This document shows, one piece after another, positions 27,427 to 28,010 of a stretch of DNA of 28,010 bases. A program made the translations under genes and the position numbers. The DNA lies in NCBI GenBank assembly GCA_038231275.1, contig JBBRLQ010000056.1:1-28010 (forward strand), in the 5' to 3' direction. How positions within the stretch are numbered: the stretch's first letter is position 1; each line of letters starts with the position of its first letter. The notes under the pieces are model-generated. The model was given only the letters and a program-made list of their open reading frames with translations. It searched no databases and was not told the origin of the DNA. Origin of the DNA: Polyangiales bacterium (lineage in GTDB: Bacteria; Myxococcota_A; Polyangia; Polyangiales; Polyangiaceae).

Positions 27427-28010
27427 TCAGTCCGAGAAGTCGTTCGTCATATAGAGCCGCCCCTCCGAGTACACGAGCCCGATCCCCACGCGCCGGAACT
27501 CCGGCTTCATCATGTTCTCGTAGTGTCCCCCGCCGGGCCCCTCGGCGAACATGAGGTCGAGCATCACGTCGATCTGCTTTTTCCCGCTTCGAAGAGCGTC
27601 GGCATCCAAGGAGGGCACACCGCTCGGATCGCCCTGGTTTTCGGCGCTCTTCGACCCGAACCCCGGCGCGCCCTGCTGGTGTTCGGCGAAGTTGGCGTGC
27701 GCCACGTGGTCGCGCGCGAGGCGCTCCGAGCCCACCCGCGCGAACGCGCTGATCTTCGCGTCGTAGAGCAGCGGAGTGAGGCCGCTCTTCGCGCGGTACG
27801 CGTTGATGCGCTCGACGTTGTAACGGATCTTGGGGTCGGACGGGTACGGATCGGCCGGGCGCGCCGGCGGCGGTGGAGCATCGACGACGCGACGCGTGAC
27901 CGTGATCGTCGTCGTTCGCGTCGTGCCGTCGGGAAGGCGCTCGACCACCGTGCGCTTCTCGACGTCCGGCGAGCCCGCGCCATGCGGGCCACGAGACGCG
28001 CACGCCGCGA
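27427..28010 (-). CDS. CAP (SCP-like) domain lipoprotein, 5' end outside window
   Basis: INAYRA..GL.PL, AENQG, GHYENMM, RVGIG. The frame stays open to the window edge and reads xAACASRG, a lipobox. Confidence 0.88.
   Translation of the reverse strand, partial: AACASRGPHGAGSPDVEKRTVVERLPDGTTRTTTITVTRRVVDAPPPPARPADPYPSDPKIRYNVERINAYRAKSGLTPLLYDAKISAFARVGSERLARDHVAHANFAEHQQGAPGFGSKSAENQGDPSGVPSLDADALRSGKKQIDVMLDLMFAEGPGGGHYENMMKPEFRRVGIGLVYSEGRLYMTNDFSD

Overview
High-GC bacterial DNA (roughly 70% by eye), most likely from a myxobacterium of the Polyangiaceae/Labilithrix type. This taxonomy is inferred from HRDVSPQN-type Ser/Thr kinases, Myxococcus Cys-rich repeats, a MYXO-CTERM-like tail and many Cys-rich lipoproteins. 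About 24 protein-coding genes are supportable, and no rRNA, tRNA, CRISPR array or transposase was seen. The left end holds a nucleotidyltransferase with a small translationally coupled partner. A long minus-strand run follows, in transcription order: membrane CheA-type kinase, B12 radical SAM enzyme, HAD 5'-nucleotidase, truD, exbB-exbD-tonB and a family-4 uracil-DNA glycosylase. The centre is the best candidate for an undescribed system. A kinase with a YfiN-like periplasmic sensor, HAMP, Hpt and CheA-type ATPase but no CheW domain is transcribed divergently, 25 bp away, from an operon. That operon encodes a YfiR-family protein, a TonB-dependent receptor, two Cys-rich lipoproteins and a Ser/Thr kinase fused to an intact receiver domain. 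Together these suggest a trans-envelope cascade that converts His-Asp into Ser/Thr phosphorylation. The right part holds a methyltransferase, a class I glutamine amidotransferase, hypothetical proteins and several Cys-rich lipoproteins, one with a Phi-1/EXORDIUM-like domain and an apparently lost stop codon. It also holds a TetR C-terminal remnant missed by the ORF track, a kinase-TolB_N-TPR protein and a CAP-domain lipoprotein cut by the window edge. Family calls come from motif recognition only; no searches were run.
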